DNA from: Rhodococcus sp. (in: high G+C Gram-positive bacteria)
GTDB lineage: Bacteria; Actinomycetota; Actinomycetes; Mycobacteriales; Mycobacteriaceae
Reading direction: 5' to 3'
NCBI RefSeq assembly: GCF_049286785.1
Contig: NZ_JBAQEO010000916.1
Coordinates: forward strand, 1 to 57,734
Length of the DNA: 57,734 nt
Shown here: positions 38,329 through 49,053 of the stretch, piece after piece
Layout of the letters: every line of letters starts with the position of its first letter
Position numbering within the stretch: the first letter of the stretch is position 1
Program-made: the position numbers and the translations under genes
Notes under the pieces: model-generated
Seen by the model: only the letters and a program-made list of their open reading frames with translations
Database searches by the model: none
What the model was told of the DNA's origin: nothing

Positions 38329-39537
38329 GTGAGTGTTGTTCAGGCCGTCCTGCTTGCCCTCATGGGAGGCTTCGTCGGCTATTTGGTCGGCGGAGTGCTG
38401 ATCCCCATGTTGTCCACCCGTCATTCGCAGCGCCTGGAGGAACAGTCCGGGCTGACGATGTCGCAGGTGCTGGACCTCATCGTGCTGGCGTCCGAGAGCG
38501 GCATCGCCGTCGTCGACCAGTTCCACGATGTCGTGCTCTTCAATCCGAGGGCAGAGGAACTCGGCCTGGTCCGCAACCGCCTCGTCGACGACCGCGCCTG
38601 GTCGGCGGCTCAGCGAGTGCTGGAATCAGCCGAACCCGTCGAATTCGACATCAGCGCCAAGAACCCGTCACGTGGCCGCGACCGGATCGCGGTACGCGGA
38701 ACCGCTCGCCTCCTCAGCAGGAAGGAGGACAACTTCGTCGTGTTGTTCGCCGACGACGATTCCGAGCAGGTTCGGATGGAGGCGACCCGGCGCGATTTCG
38801 TCGCCAACGTCAGTCACGAACTGAAGACCCCGGTCGGGGCGATCGGCCTGCTGGCCGAGGCACTCCTCGAATCCGCGGACGATCCCGACTCGGTACGGCA
38901 TTTCGGTGAGCGGGTGCTGAACGAATCCGTCCGCCTCGGCAAGATGGTCACCGAACTGATCGCGCTGTCCCGGCTCCAGGGCGCCGAGAAGCTCCCCGAC
39001 CTCGAGGCCGTCGACGTGGACGAGGTGGTGGACGAGGCCCTGCAACGCTGCAAGCTCTCGGCGGAGGCTGCCGAGATCACCGTCACCACCGACCATCCGA
39101 GTGGGCTGGAAATGCTCGGCGATCAGGCGTTGCTGGTCACCGCGCTCACCAATCTGGTGCAGAACGCGATCGCGTACTCCCCGAAGGGAAGCCCGGTCTC
39201 GGTGAGTCGATCGAGACGCGGGGACAACGTGGCCATCTCCGTGACGGACCGCGGCGAGGGGATCGCCAAGGAAGATCAGGAGCGCGTCTTCGAGCGCTTC
39301 TTCCGTGTCGACAAGGCCCGGTCGCGGGCGACCGGCGGCACCGGTCTGGGCCTCGCCATCGTCAAGCACGTCGCCGCCAACCACAACGGTTCGATCGAAC
39401 TGTGGAGCAAACCCGGCACGGGTTCGACCTTTACCCTGCAGATTCCTGCACACATCGAGACAGACGACGTTACGGGCGGGGACACCGCCGGCGGACACCT
39501 GGGGAAGAGAGAAATCGGTATGGAGGTCAAGCGATGA
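38329..39537 (+). CDS. senX3: Sensor histidine kinase SenX3
   Basis: [47 protein letters not shown] -10 6 nt before GTG. Confidence 0.93.
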   Translation: MSVVQAVLLALMGGFVGYLVGGVLIPMLSTRHSQRLEEQSGLTMSQVLDLIVLASESGIAVVDQFHDVVLFNPRAEELGLVRNRLVDDRAWSAAQRVLESAEPVEFDISAKNPSRGRDRIAVRGTARLLSRKEDNFVVLFADDDSEQVRMEATRRDFVANVSHELKTPVGAIGLLAEALLESADDPDSVRHFGERVLNESVRLGKMVTELIALSRLQGAEKLPDLEAVDVDEVVDEALQRCKLSAEAAEITVTTDHPSGLEMLGDQALLVTALTNLVQNAIAYSPKGSPVSVSRSRRGDNVAISVTDRGEGIAKEDQERVFERFFRVDKARSRATGGTGLGLAIVKHVAANHNGSIELWSKPGTGSTFTLQIPAHIETDDVTGGDTAGGHLGKREIGMEVKR

Positions 39538-40223
39538 CAAGTGTGCTGATCGTGGAGGACGAGGAGTCACTGGCCGATCCGTTGGCCTTCCTGCTGCGCA
39601 AGGAGGGATTCGAGACGACCATCGTCGGCGACGGACCGTCCGCTCTCGCCGAGTTCGATCGCTCGGGGGCGGACATCGTGCTGCTCGACCTGATGCTGCC
39701 CGGGATGAGCGGTACCGACGTCTGCAAGCAACTCCGCAGCCGCTCCGGTGTCCCGGTGATCATGGTGACCGCGCGGGACAGCGAGATCGACAAGGTGGTG
39801 GGGCTCGAACTCGGTGCCGACGACTACGTCACCAAGCCTTACTCGGCGCGCGAACTGATAGCGAGGATCCGGGCGGTTCTGCGACGGGGGGTCGACAACG
39901 ATCTCGACGCCACCCAGGATTCCGCGGTCCTCGAGGCGGGTCCCGTCCGGATGGATGTCGAACGCCACGTCGTCCAGGTGAACGGCTCGTCGATCACGCT
40001 GCCTCTGAAGGAGTTCGACCTGCTCGAATACCTCCTGCGGAACTCCGGCCGGGTGCTCACTCGCGGACAGCTGATCGATCGGGTGTGGGGAGCGGACTAC
40101 GTGGGGGACACGAAGACCCTGGACGTCCACGTGAAGCGGCTCCGCTCGAAGATCGAGACCGATCCCGCCAAGCCCGAGCATCTCGTGACCGTCCGGGGCC
40201 TGGGGTACAAGCTCGAGGCGTGA
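39534..40223 (+). CDS. regX3: OmpR-family response regulator RegX3
   Basis: [49 protein letters not shown]. Confidence 0.95.
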   Translation: MTSVLIVEDEESLADPLAFLLRKEGFETTIVGDGPSALAEFDRSGADIVLLDLMLPGMSGTDVCKQLRSRSGVPVIMVTARDSEIDKVVGLELGADDYVTKPYSARELIARIRAVLRRGVDNDLDATQDSAVLEAGPVRMDVERHVVQVNGSSITLPLKEFDLLEYLLRNSGRVLTRGQLIDRVWGADYVGDTKTLDVHVKRLRSKIETDPAKPEHLVTVRGLGYKLEA

Positions 40224-40257
40224 GGAGTCACTCCACCGCCATACATGCATGCCGAAT

Positions 40258-40294
40258 GGTCATGTGCACACGAGGATTCCGTGTGCACATGACC
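40258..40294. terminator. 15-bp perfect stem between convergent genes
   Basis: GGTCATGTGCACACG-N7-CGTGTGCACATGACC followed by a T-rich tract. Confidence 0.75.
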
Positions 40295-40326
40295 CATCCG
40301 GCTGTTTGTTTGTGGCCGTGTGCTGG

Positions 40327-40674
40327 TCAGAACGGGTTGTAGATGTACAGGGGCCGGAACGGCGCGAACATGACCTGGGTGACGGCGTGCTCGCGGTCCT
40401 GGTTGTCGAACTGGCGGCAATAGACGGCGACGTAGTGGCCGTCGCCCTTGCATTCGATCATCCGCGAGGTGCCGAACGGGCTCAGCACGAGCGACCGGTC
40501 CGCCTTGTCACCGAACGCGCCCGGATCCAGCGGGGCGACGAAGCTGCTGGTCTTGTCGTGGAAGGTGTTCCACCCATAGGGATCGTCGTCGGCCGGTTGT
40601 GCGTGCGCGACCGGCGCGAGCGCAAGCGCTGCGGCAGCGGTCAGCAGGGTGCCGGACAGGATTCGAGCGAGCAT
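40327..40674 (-). CDS. Small secreted hypothetical protein
   Basis: GAGGAG RBS; Sec signal ending in AHA; two Cys. Confidence 0.75.
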   Translation of the reverse strand: MLARILSGTLLTAAAALALAPVAHAQPADDDPYGWNTFHDKTSSFVAPLDPGAFGDKADRSLVLSPFGTSRMIECKGDGHYVAVYCRQFDNQDREHAVTQVMFAPFRPLYIYNPF

Positions 40675-40751
40675 GGCCTCTCCTCAATGTGGCTGTACCC
40701 GGAACATCGGGGCTGTACCTGGGAAATCGACCGGTCGGTCCGTTGTGTTAC

Positions 40752-41567
40752 TCAGGTCACGTCGGTGCCGGCAATGGTGGTGGCGGGATGCACTGCGATC
40801 AGGCCGAGTCCGGCCCGGCGGGCGCAGAGCTTCGCCAGTTCCGCGTAGGCGGCCTTGCCCAGCAGTTCGGTGAGTTCGGGCGCATACGACTGCCACACCG
40901 CCTTCACGCCCACGTGGGCGTCCGGGGAGCCGGAGCAGTACCAGTCGAGGTCGGTTCCACCCTCACCCCAGCCCCGTCGGTCGTATTCGGTGATCGTCGT
41001 CTTGAGGATCTGCTCGCCGTCCGGCCGCTCGACCCATTCCTGGGTGCGCCGGATCGGCAGCTGCCAGCACACGTCAGGCTTCACCTCGAGCGGTTCGATA
41101 CCGCGTTCGAGTGCCATCGAGTGCAGTGCGCAGCCCACGCCGCCCTCGAAACCCGGTCGATTGAGAAAGATGCAGGCACCTTTGTAGCGCCGTGTGCGCA
41201 ACGCCGGTTCGTCCTCGAGATCGTCCTCCTCGAGGTAGCCCTTCTTGCCGAGACCCTTCTCCATGAACTGCCAGTCCGCGGATGTGAGCATCTTCACTGA
41301 ATTGTTCAGTTTCTCCAGATCCTCGTCGTCGGAGAGGAAGGCGCCGTGTGAACAACAGCCGTCGTCCGGGCGGTCGCCGAGGATGCCCTGGCAGGCCGGC
41401 GTGCCGAACACGCAGGTCCAATGGGAGAGCAACCACGTCATGTCGGCGGCGATGAGGTGCTCGGCGTTGTCGGGGTCGAGGAATTCGACCCATTCGCGAG
41501 CGAAGTCGAGAGGAACTTCCGGGCTGGGTGCCATCTTGTGGGAGCGCCCTGCTTTACCTGCGGTCAC
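40752..41567 (-). CDS. Conserved Cys-rich protein (Rv0495c-like, YkgJ/DUF3109-like motifs)
   Basis: [36 protein letters not shown]. Confidence 0.85.
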   Translation of the reverse strand: MTAGKAGRSHKMAPSPEVPLDFAREWVEFLDPDNAEHLIAADMTWLLSHWTCVFGTPACQGILGDRPDDGCCSHGAFLSDDEDLEKLNNSVKMLTSADWQFMEKGLGKKGYLEEDDLEDEPALRTRRYKGACIFLNRPGFEGGVGCALHSMALERGIEPLEVKPDVCWQLPIRRTQEWVERPDGEQILKTTITEYDRRGWGEGGTDLDWYCSGSPDAHVGVKAVWQSYAPELTELLGKAAYAELAKLCARRAGLGLIAVHPATTIAGTDVT

Positions 41568-41600
41568 AAAGCCCGACCGTAGACCCAGTACCGTGTGAAT

Positions 41601-42554
41601 GTGCGACTAGGGGTACTCGACGTCGGAAGCAATACCGTCCATCTGCTCGTAGTGGACGCCCACAGGGGTGGCCACCCCACACCGATGAGCTCGACCAAGT
41701 CGACTCTGCGGTTGGCGGAGAACATCGACGATCGAGGTGACATCACCTCCCAGGGCGCAGATCGACTGGTGGCGGCTGTGGGCGACTTCGCCTCCATCGC
41801 GAAGACGTCGGGGTGCGGCGAACTGATGGCGTTCGCCACCTCGGCCGTGCGCGACGCCAACAACTCGGACGCAGTCCTGGCCCGAGTGTATGCCGAGACC
41901 GGTGTCAATCTCGAGGTGCTTTCCGGTGTCGACGAGGCGCGTCTGACGTTCCTTGCGGTCCGCCGCTGGTTCGGGTGGAGCGCCGGACGAATCCTGAACC
42001 TCGATATCGGAGGCGGTTCTCTCGAGCTGACGGCAGGCGGCGACGAAGACCCCGATGTCGCGTTCTCGTTGCAGCTCGGTGCCGGCCGCCTCACCCGGGA
42101 TTGGCTCGGGGCCGATCCGCCCGGCAAGCGACGGGTGGCCGTGTTGCGGGACTGGCTCGACGCCGAGCTCGCCACCCCGGCCAAGGAACTGCGCGCCGCA
42201 GGCGAATGGGACCGCGCCGTGGGCACCTCGAAGACCTTCCGGTCCTTGGCCCGCCTCACCGGCGCCGCTCCGTCCGGCGCCGGGCCACGCGTGCGACGGA
42301 CTCTCACCGCGGCAGGTCTCAGACAACTCATAGCTTTCATTTCGCGAATGACGACAGCAGACCGTGCAGAATTGGAGGGGGTCAGCTCCGACAGGGCACA
42401 GCAGATCGTTGCCGGAGCGCTCGTTGCGGAGGCCAGCATGAGAGCTCTGGGTGTGGAGGTACTGGAAATCTGCCCCTGGGCTCTGCGTGAGGGACTTATC
42501 CTTCGCAAGCTCGATACGGAAATGGGCGGTGAATTGATGGTGGGTGCGCGATGA
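41601..42554 (+). CDS. ppx: Ppx/GppA family exopolyphosphatase
   Basis: [37 protein letters not shown]. Confidence 0.93.
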   Translation: MRLGVLDVGSNTVHLLVVDAHRGGHPTPMSSTKSTLRLAENIDDRGDITSQGADRLVAAVGDFASIAKTSGCGELMAFATSAVRDANNSDAVLARVYAETGVNLEVLSGVDEARLTFLAVRRWFGWSAGRILNLDIGGGSLELTAGGDEDPDVAFSLQLGAGRLTRDWLGADPPGKRRVAVLRDWLDAELATPAKELRAAGEWDRAVGTSKTFRSLARLTGAAPSGAGPRVRRTLTAAGLRQLIAFISRMTTADRAELEGVSSDRAQQIVAGALVAEASMRALGVEVLEICPWALREGLILRKLDTEMGGELMVGAR

Positions 42555-43723
42555 GCGAGGACAGTCAGCAGATTTCGGTTTCGGAACTGCTCAAACGCAA
42601 TGGCCAGCAGGTGGAATCCCGCGGTGGTCGCCGCCGGCGTGGTGTCACGGGCGGAATCTCGGTGGCCGAACTCACCGGCGAGATCCCGGTGTTCCGGGAT
42701 GCGTCCCAGTCGCACACTGCCGATGCGGATCGTGAACCCGAACCGACTTCCGCGCCCGAACCGACTCCGGCGTCCGAACCGACTCCGGCGTCCGAACCCA
42801 AGAAGGTTCAGGGCCGCGCGGCGTCCCGCAGATCCGTGCCCGCCGACGAGCACACTGCCGCATTCAGGGCTCCCTTCGACGATGACGACGACGAACCCAT
42901 CGCCAGTCGTCCTTCGGGCCGTCGACGCGCCCCGACGGCCGGCGGAACGTCACGCGATCAGCAGGGCGCCTGGGTCACTCGCGCCGTCGCCGAGGAGAAG
43001 CCCGCACCCCAGGCGGCACCGACCGTAGCCGCGCCGGCACCGACCGTAGCCGCGCCGGCTGCGACGGTTGCCGCGCCGCGCGTGAAGCCTGCCCCGAGAC
43101 CCTTCGCCCCGGCGGGGTCGTCGGCGAGCCCCGAGCCGAAGCGGAATGGGGCCGCGAACAAGGACGCCGCGAAGAAGACTCCGGAGACGAAGGCTCCCGA
43201 CAGGAAGCCCGAACCTCGGGTGGAGCCCCAGTTGCTGTCCGGATCGACGCTCGCGGGCGACCTGATGCGTCAGTCCCGCGACAGGAAGGCTGCGAACGCA
43301 GCAGAGGAAACCGACCTCATCGAGGCTGCCGCCGACGAACCCGGCACCGAGGAGCATACGGAGACGGGGGAGGCCGGGCAGGCCGGGAAACCCCGGCGTT
43401 CTCGCAGGGAGACGAAGGCCGAAGCGGAGAAGGCGGCCGGCAGCGAAGGCTCGCCCGACGATTCGGTCCGTGAATGGGCTGTCCTCGCCGGCCAGGGTGT
43501 CGTGGCCGTCATCGCGGGTGCGCTGCTGTTCAAGGGTTTCGAGAAGCTGTGGGACGTGTTCCCGTGGGTGGCGCTGATTCTGGCGGTGCTCGTCATCGTG
43601 GGCCTCGTGGCGATGGTCCGGATTCTGCGCCGCACCGACGACATCACGAGTTTCGTGATCGCGGTCGTGGTCGGAATGATCGTCACGCTCGGGCCGCTCG
43701 CGTTCATGCTTGCGTCGGGCTGA
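42551..43723 (+). CDS. Rv0497-like membrane protein with low-complexity linker
   Basis: QISVSELLKRNG, RRRR..ISVAELTGEIP, three C-terminal TMs; internal 18-nt (EPTPAS) and 21-nt (APTVAAP) repeats. Confidence 0.85.
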   Translation: MSEDSQQISVSELLKRNGQQVESRGGRRRRGVTGGISVAELTGEIPVFRDASQSHTADADREPEPTSAPEPTPASEPTPASEPKKVQGRAASRRSVPADEHTAAFRAPFDDDDDEPIASRPSGRRRAPTAGGTSRDQQGAWVTRAVAEEKPAPQAAPTVAAPAPTVAAPAATVAAPRVKPAPRPFAPAGSSASPEPKRNGAANKDAAKKTPETKAPDRKPEPRVEPQLLSGSTLAGDLMRQSRDRKAANAAEETDLIEAAADEPGTEEHTETGEAGQAGKPRRSRRETKAEAEKAAGSEGSPDDSVREWAVLAGQGVVAVIAGALLFKGFEKLWDVFPWVALILAVLVIVGLVAMVRILRRTDDITSFVIAVVVGMIVTLGPLAFMLASG

Positions 43724-43727
43724 CGTC

Positions 43728-44666
43728 ATGACCGGGGACAGTGGGCAGTCCGGATTCGGCCGGCCGCGTGCACGGAAGGTGCTCGTGGGCCTCTCGACGG
43801 CCTCCGTGTATCCGGAGAACACGGAGGCCGCGTTCCGGTATGCGGCCGATCTGGGGTACGACGGTGTCGAACTGATGGTCTGGGCTGAATCGGTCAGCCA
43901 GGATCTCGGCGCCGTGGCTGCTCTGGTCCGCAAGTACGCGATTCCGGTGCAGGCGATTCACGCGCCGTGCCTGCTGATCTCCCAGCGGGTCTGGGGCGCC
44001 GACCCGGCGGCGAAACTCGAACGTACGGTCCGTGCCGCCGAGACGCTCGGTGCCACCAGCGTGGTGGTGCATCCGCCGTTCCGGTGGCAACGTCGGTACG
44101 CGGACAGCTTCTCGGACCAGGTGGCCGAACTCGAGGAGCGCAGCGACGTGATCGTGGCGGTGGAGAACATGTTTCCCATGCGCGCGGACGGATTCTTCGG
44201 TAGCCGGGAGAAGTCGGCCGAGCGACTGCGCAGGCGCGGTGGTCCGGGACGTGCGCTGTCCGCGTTCAGCCCGTCCTACGACCCCACCGATTCGGGACAC
44301 GCCCACTACACGCTCGACCTCTCGCACACCGCGACCGCGGGTATGGACGCGATGAAGCTCGCCGGGCGAATGGGGTCCGGACTGGCGCATCTTCATCTTG
44401 CGGACGGCAGGGGTGCCTCCATGGACGAACATCTCATCCCGGGTCATGGGGCGCAGCCGTGCGCCGAACTGTGCCGGCACCTTCTCGATACCGGCTTCGG
44501 CGGACAGGCCGTGATCGAGATCAACACCCAGAATGCGCGAACCCGGCGTGAGCGGTCGTCGATGCTGGTTCAGGCCCTGTCCTTCGCGCGGGAACATCTC
44601 GAGCCGCGGCAGGCGGCTTCCGGCACCGGTCGCGGCCACTCCGGTGGCGATCACGACGACGCCTGA
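43728..44666 (+). CDS. Sugar phosphate isomerase/epimerase (TIM barrel) family, Rv0498-like
   Basis: LSTASVYP, GYDGVELMV, VHPPFRWQR, AVENMF, LDLSH, HLHLADG. Confidence 0.88.
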   Translation: MTGDSGQSGFGRPRARKVLVGLSTASVYPENTEAAFRYAADLGYDGVELMVWAESVSQDLGAVAALVRKYAIPVQAIHAPCLLISQRVWGADPAAKLERTVRAAETLGATSVVVHPPFRWQRRYADSFSDQVAELEERSDVIVAVENMFPMRADGFFGSREKSAERLRRRGGPGRALSAFSPSYDPTDSGHAHYTLDLSHTATAGMDAMKLAGRMGSGLAHLHLADGRGASMDEHLIPGHGAQPCAELCRHLLDTGFGGQAVIEINTQNARTRRERSSMLVQALSFAREHLEPRQAASGTGRGHSGGDHDDA

Positions 44667-44735
44667 GGTCCTACCCGGCACCGGCTGAGGTCCCCGTTCG
44701 CGAAAGATTTCCTCCTGCGGTAGAGTCGCACACGT

Positions 44736-44770
44736 TTGGATAGCTGCGATATCCAATAAGTGCGATATCC
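44736..44770. promoter_or_regulatory. Operator candidate upstream of the MerR gene
   Basis: TTGGATA-N7-TATCCAA dyad plus direct repeat TGCGATATCC (44745, 44761). Confidence 0.6.
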
Positions 44771-44809
44771 GAAACCGAGCATGCTGTGCCGGAAGGGTGA
44801 GGAGGAACC

Positions 44810-45442
44810 ATGCGCGTGTCCGAACTGGTGGCGCGTTCCGGCGTTCCCCTGGCGACAGTGAAGTACTACCTGCGCGAAGGCCTTCTCATGCCGGGCGAGG
44901 CCACGAGTGCCACTCAGGCGCGCTACGGCGAGGAACATGTTCGCCGGCTCGGCCTGATCAAGGCGCTGGCGAGCGCTGGACTGCCCATTCCGCGCATCAG
45001 GGAGATCCTCCGGCTCGTCGACGACCCGCAGGGCCCGTTGTTCGAGGTGCTCGGCAAGGCGATCGCCCAGCTACCGCCATACCTCGAGCCGGTCGAGGGC
45101 GAAGACTATCCCCGCGCCCGGGCCGTCCTCGAGCGACTCGGGCAGGTGTACGACCCGCGGTACGCCGCGGTCGGGCAACTCGAACGTGCCCTCGAAGCAC
45201 TCGAGGAAGCAGGGATCCCGATGACCGACCAACGACTCGACGCCTACGGCCGTCACATCCGCGGCCTGGCCGAGATCGATATCGGGCTCATGCCCACCGC
45301 CCCCGCCGAGGACGTCATCCGCTACGCGGTGCTGGGCACGGCGATCTATGAACCGGTGATCGCCGCCATGCGACGCCTCGCGCACCAGGACCTCGCCGCG
45401 CAGAAGTTTCTCCACTCCACCGATGGGCAGGATCAGCAGTGA
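44810..45442 (+). CDS. MerR family transcriptional regulator
   Basis: MRVSELVARSGVPLATVKYYLREGLL..QARYGEEHVRRLGLIKAL. Confidence 0.9.
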   Translation: MRVSELVARSGVPLATVKYYLREGLLMPGEATSATQARYGEEHVRRLGLIKALASAGLPIPRIREILRLVDDPQGPLFEVLGKAIAQLPPYLEPVEGEDYPRARAVLERLGQVYDPRYAAVGQLERALEALEEAGIPMTDQRLDAYGRHIRGLAEIDIGLMPTAPAEDVIRYAVLGTAIYEPVIAAMRRLAHQDLAAQKFLHSTDGQDQQ

Positions 45443-46281
45443 GCTCAACCCCGTTTCACGACCTCAATGTCCTCACGCCCATCGGGGAGGGGTCCTACCT
45501 GGCGTCCATCGATCCGATCTGGACGATCGGCCCGAAGGTGCACGGCGGTTCCATGATGTCGCTGTGTGCGGCCGCGGCTCGCCGGAGCCTTCTCGACCGG
45601 CCGGGCGGGATCGATCTCGTCCACGTGCAGCCGCTTGCGGTAGGGGCCAACTATCTGGCCGCCCCCGACCCCGGCGAGGTGATTCTCTCCACGACCGTGC
45701 GCAAGCAGGGCAAGCAGGTGTCCTTCGTCGACGTGGAACTGAGCCAGGGCGAGCGGGTCGCGGTCCACGCAGCCGTCACCCTCGGTGTTCCCGACGCGGG
45801 GGAGCCGCTCTACAGCGGGGATCACGCGCTCGCGGGGCTTCCCGTTGAACCACCCGCCGATGCCGTGATCCTGACGCCCGACCATCCGATGGGACAGATC
45901 GTTCACGTGGCACAGGGATGCGACATGCGCGTCGACGGGACGTCCGCGCACTTCCTGACCGGTAATCAGGGTGAACCCGAGGTGCGCATGTGGGTGCGAC
46001 CACGGGAGGGCGACGAAAGCGACCCCGACACCGCCGCGCTGTTCGCGATCATGACCGGTGACATCAGCGCCCCCGTAACGATGAACCGGGGCATGTTCGG
46101 CTGGGCGCCGACGGTGCAACTCACCACCTACCTTCGCAAGCAGCCTGCGGCGGGGTGGCTACGGGTGATGGCGAGCAGTACCGTGCTCGGCGGTGCGTGG
46201 TTCGAGGAGGATCACACGGTGCTCGACTCCACCGGGTCGGTCGTGGTCCAGAGCCGGCAGCTGGCGATGATCCCCCGCTAG
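45439..46281 (+). CDS. Thioesterase family (double hotdog) protein, Rv0499-like
   Basis: WTIGPKVHGG, GWAPTVQLTTYLR, VVQSRQLA. Confidence 0.88.
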   Translation: MSSTPFHDLNVLTPIGEGSYLASIDPIWTIGPKVHGGSMMSLCAAAARRSLLDRPGGIDLVHVQPLAVGANYLAAPDPGEVILSTTVRKQGKQVSFVDVELSQGERVAVHAAVTLGVPDAGEPLYSGDHALAGLPVEPPADAVILTPDHPMGQIVHVAQGCDMRVDGTSAHFLTGNQGEPEVRMWVRPREGDESDPDTAALFAIMTGDISAPVTMNRGMFGWAPTVQLTTYLRKQPAAGWLRVMASSTVLGGAWFEEDHTVLDSTGSVVVQSRQLAMIPR

Positions 46282-46317
46282 AAACCGTACGAGCAGCGGC
46301 GTGGCAGGCTGTTCGAC

Positions 46318-47133
46318 ATGACGAGAATTGCAGTAATCGGAGGCGGCAAGATCGGCGAGGCCCTTATCTCGGGGCTTCTGCAGGCGGGTCACGCCGTCAA
46401 AGATCTCGTGGTCGCCGAGCAGTACCCGGAGCGTGCGGACGAACTGGCCGCCGAGTACTCGGTGCGCGTCACCACCACCGCCGATGCCGCCGAGGGTGCC
46501 GACGTCATCGTGATCGCCGTCAAGCCGAGTGACGTCGAAGTGGCCGTCACCGAGGTGGCCAAGGCGGACCTGGACGGTGAGCGCGAACAACTTGTCGTGT
46601 CGCTGGCAGCGGGCATTCCGACCACGTTCTACGAGGCGAGGCTGCCCGCGGGATTCCCCGTGGTACGGGTCATGTCCAACACGCCGATGCTCGTCGGCGA
46701 GGGGGTGAGCGTGTTGGCACCCGGACGGCACGTCAAGAAGGATCACCTCGATCTGGTTCGCGGTATCCTGTCGTCGGTGGGCAAGGTGGTGACGGTCCGC
46801 GAATCGCAGATCGACGCGGTCACGGCGGTCTCGGGCTCGGGTCCGGCCTATTTCTTCCTGGTTGCCGAGGCGATGATCGATGCCGGTGTCGGGCTGGGAC
46901 TCACCCGGGCCACGGCATCCGAGCTGGTGGTCCAGACGATGGTGGGTTCGGCGGCGATGCTGGATCGCTCCGGAGAGAGCGCAACCGAGTTGCGCGCTGC
47001 CGTCACATCCCCGGGCGGAACCACCGCATCGGCCGTCCGTCACCTGGAGAAGAACGGTCTCCGATCGGCATTCTTCGACGCTCTCGAAGCCGCGAAACTC
47101 CGCTCGTCCGAGCTCGGCGCGGCCCCCGAATGA
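46318..47133 (+). CDS. proC: Pyrroline-5-carboxylate reductase
   Basis: IGGGKIG, AVKP, RVMSNTP, SGSGPAY, VTSPGGTT. Confidence 0.96.
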   Translation: MTRIAVIGGGKIGEALISGLLQAGHAVKDLVVAEQYPERADELAAEYSVRVTTTADAAEGADVIVIAVKPSDVEVAVTEVAKADLDGEREQLVVSLAAGIPTTFYEARLPAGFPVVRVMSNTPMLVGEGVSVLAPGRHVKKDHLDLVRGILSSVGKVVTVRESQIDAVTAVSGSGPAYFFLVAEAMIDAGVGLGLTRATASELVVQTMVGSAAMLDRSGESATELRAAVTSPGGTTASAVRHLEKNGLRSAFFDALEAAKLRSSELGAAPE

Positions 47134-47268
47134 TATTCGATTGATATTCAATTCCCCACACCCGTCGCAGTAACCCCATCCGCCCCGCTAAGCTCGGAGT
47201 AGCACGTGCGTGTCTGTTCCGCCGGAGGGGAAGCCGGCGGCGCGAGACGTGCCGGAGGTAAGTGGTTG

Positions 47269-47505
47269 ATGACGTCTGCAAAGAAGCCGTCGAAGGGCTC
47301 AGCCCCAGACGGACAACCGGCTTTGGCCGGAACGCAATTTCTCACCGTCGCCGAGGTAGCGGCGCTGATGAGAGTGTCCAAGATGACTGTGTATCGGTTG
47401 GTGCACAGCGGCGAACTCCCTGCTGTTCGAGTGGGCCGTTCGTTCAGAGTGCACGCGAAAGCGGTGCACGACTACCTCGAGACCTCGTACTTCGACGCCG
47501 GTTGA
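47269..47505 (+). CDS. Excisionase-type HTH DNA-binding protein (Rv0500A-like)
   Basis: FLTVAEVAALMRVSKMTVYRLVHSGELPAVRVGRSFRV. Confidence 0.92.
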   Translation: MTSAKKPSKGSAPDGQPALAGTQFLTVAEVAALMRVSKMTVYRLVHSGELPAVRVGRSFRVHAKAVHDYLETSYFDAG

Positions 47506-47699
47506 CCGATCGGCGCGAAGAGGGCGACCTCGGTTTCTCCCGAGCAGACCCGCACCGGTACGATTAGCGACTGTCGTACCAGCCAGCTGGTGTCGTAAGG
47601 CGCTGAGCTAGTTAGATCGAGGCCAGGCGCCACTAGGGCGCAGGCGTACGTGACCGGCGTGCGCAGGAACGCTAGAGAAGAACGTGAGGAACACCCGCT

Positions 47700-47801
47700 A
47701 TGGGTTCAGTGATCAAGAAGCGACGGAAGCGCATGTCGAAGAAGAAGCACCGCAAGTTGCTTCGCCGCACACGAGTGCAGCGTAGGAAACTCGGCAAGTA
47801 G
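47700..47801 (+). CDS. 30S ribosomal protein bS22 (AURKAIP1/COX24 family)
   Basis: [41 protein letters not shown]; below the ORF-track cutoff. Confidence 0.95.
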
Positions 47802-47811
47802 CCAGTCGCAC

Positions 47812-47847
47812 ACGAATGCCCGTCACCTTCCGGTGGCGGGCTTTCGT
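47812..47847 (+). terminator. Intrinsic terminator after bS22
   Basis: GCCCGTCACC-ttcc-GGTGGCGGGC followed by TTT. Confidence 0.8.
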
Positions 47848-47970
47848 CGTGTCCGGGGGGGCCGTTCGGGCGACGCGAAGATGGACGCACGACCAGTTGG
47901 TGCAGTGGGCAGCGGCATCGTCTGCCTGCACGTATGGTGGACGTCACTCGCTACGTGATCGGGGGTTCTG

Positions 47971-49053
47971 GTGGTTGTGAGTGACAACGGCAGTGCTACG
48001 CGAAGTGCCGTTCCTCGTGTTGTGCTGGTCACTGGGGCGAGCAAGTTCCTCGGTGGTTATCTGGTGACGAGACTCGCCCAGAATCCCGATATCGAACGAA
48101 TCATCGCAGTGGATGCGGTGTCGCCCAGCAAGGACATGTTGCGCCGGATGGGCCGCGCCGAATTCGTGCGCGCCGACATTCGGAACCCCTTGATCGGCAA
48201 GGCTGTTCGCAACGCCGAAGTCGACACGGTTGTCCACGCCGCCACGCTTTCCCGGCCGCCCAAATCGGGGAGCCGGGCGGCGATGAAAGACATGAACGTC
48301 ATCGGCGCGATGCAGCTGTTCGCGGTGTGCCAGAAGGCCCCGAGCGTCCGGAAGGTAGTGCTGCAGTCGGCGTCGGTGGTCTACGGCAGCAGCGCCAAGG
48401 ATCCGGCGAAGTTCACCGAGGAGATGAGTGCTAGGCGGCGGCCCGCCGGCGCGTACGCCCGGGACAGCATCGAGGTGGAAGGGTATGTGCGCGGCATGGG
48501 CCGCCGTCGCCCCGACATCGCCGTCTCGATTCTCCGGCTGGCGCCGATGGTCGGGCCGCGGATCAGCGCGAGTATGGCCCAGTACCTGACATCCCCGGTG
48601 GTGCCCACCATCCTCGGGCGCGACGCACGTCTGCAGGTACTCCACGAGGAAGACGCGCTGGCGGCGCTGGAACGAGCAACGGTGTCGGGTCCGGCGGGAA
48701 CATTCAATGTGGCCGGCGACGGTGTCGTCATGATGTCGCAGGCCATCCGCCGGTCCGGGTGCATCGAGGCGCCGATGCCGTTCGGGCTGTTCCGCAGCGT
48801 CGGCCGCGCCCTGATGGGCTCGGCCATGCGTTCGTTCACGACCGAACAGCTCGAGTACTTCCGGTTCGGATGCGGGCTCGACACCACCCGGATGCGCACC
48901 GAGCTGCTGTTCGAGCCCCGGTGGACGACGATGCAGGCCCTCGACGACTTCGCGCGGGCCGCCGGAGTCAGACCGATCATCAAGAGTGAATGGGTGGACG
49001 CGGCGGAGAATATGTTGCTCGCTCTGACCGGCACGGCGAAAGGGGAGAGGTGA
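47971..49053 (+). CDS. NAD-dependent epimerase/dehydratase (Rv0501-like)
   Basis: VLVTGASKFLGG, ADIRNP, MNVIGAMQL, RLQVLHEEDA. Confidence 0.88.
   Translation: MVVSDNGSATRSAVPRVVLVTGASKFLGGYLVTRLAQNPDIERIIAVDAVSPSKDMLRRMGRAEFVRADIRNPLIGKAVRNAEVDTVVHAATLSRPPKSGSRAAMKDMNVIGAMQLFAVCQKAPSVRKVVLQSASVVYGSSAKDPAKFTEEMSARRRPAGAYARDSIEVEGYVRGMGRRRPDIAVSILRLAPMVGPRISASMAQYLTSPVVPTILGRDARLQVLHEEDALAALERATVSGPAGTFNVAGDGVVMMSQAIRRSGCIEAPMPFGLFRSVGRALMGSAMRSFTTEQLEYFRFGCGLDTTRMRTELLFEPRWTTMQALDDFARAAGVRPIIKSEWVDAAENMLLALTGTAKGER

Noticed and set aside
39530..39540. MIRU-type repeat between senX3 and regX3
   Set aside because: The genes overlap directly (ATGA); no intergenic unit is present
42734..43078. 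In-frame 18-nt and 21-nt tandem repeats in the Rv0497-like gene
   Set aside because: Ordinary low-complexity Pro/Ala linker expansion
47269..47505. Excisionase-like gene as a sign of a prophage or integrative element
   Set aside because: Conserved core Rv0500A-type gene between proC and bS22; no integrase nearby
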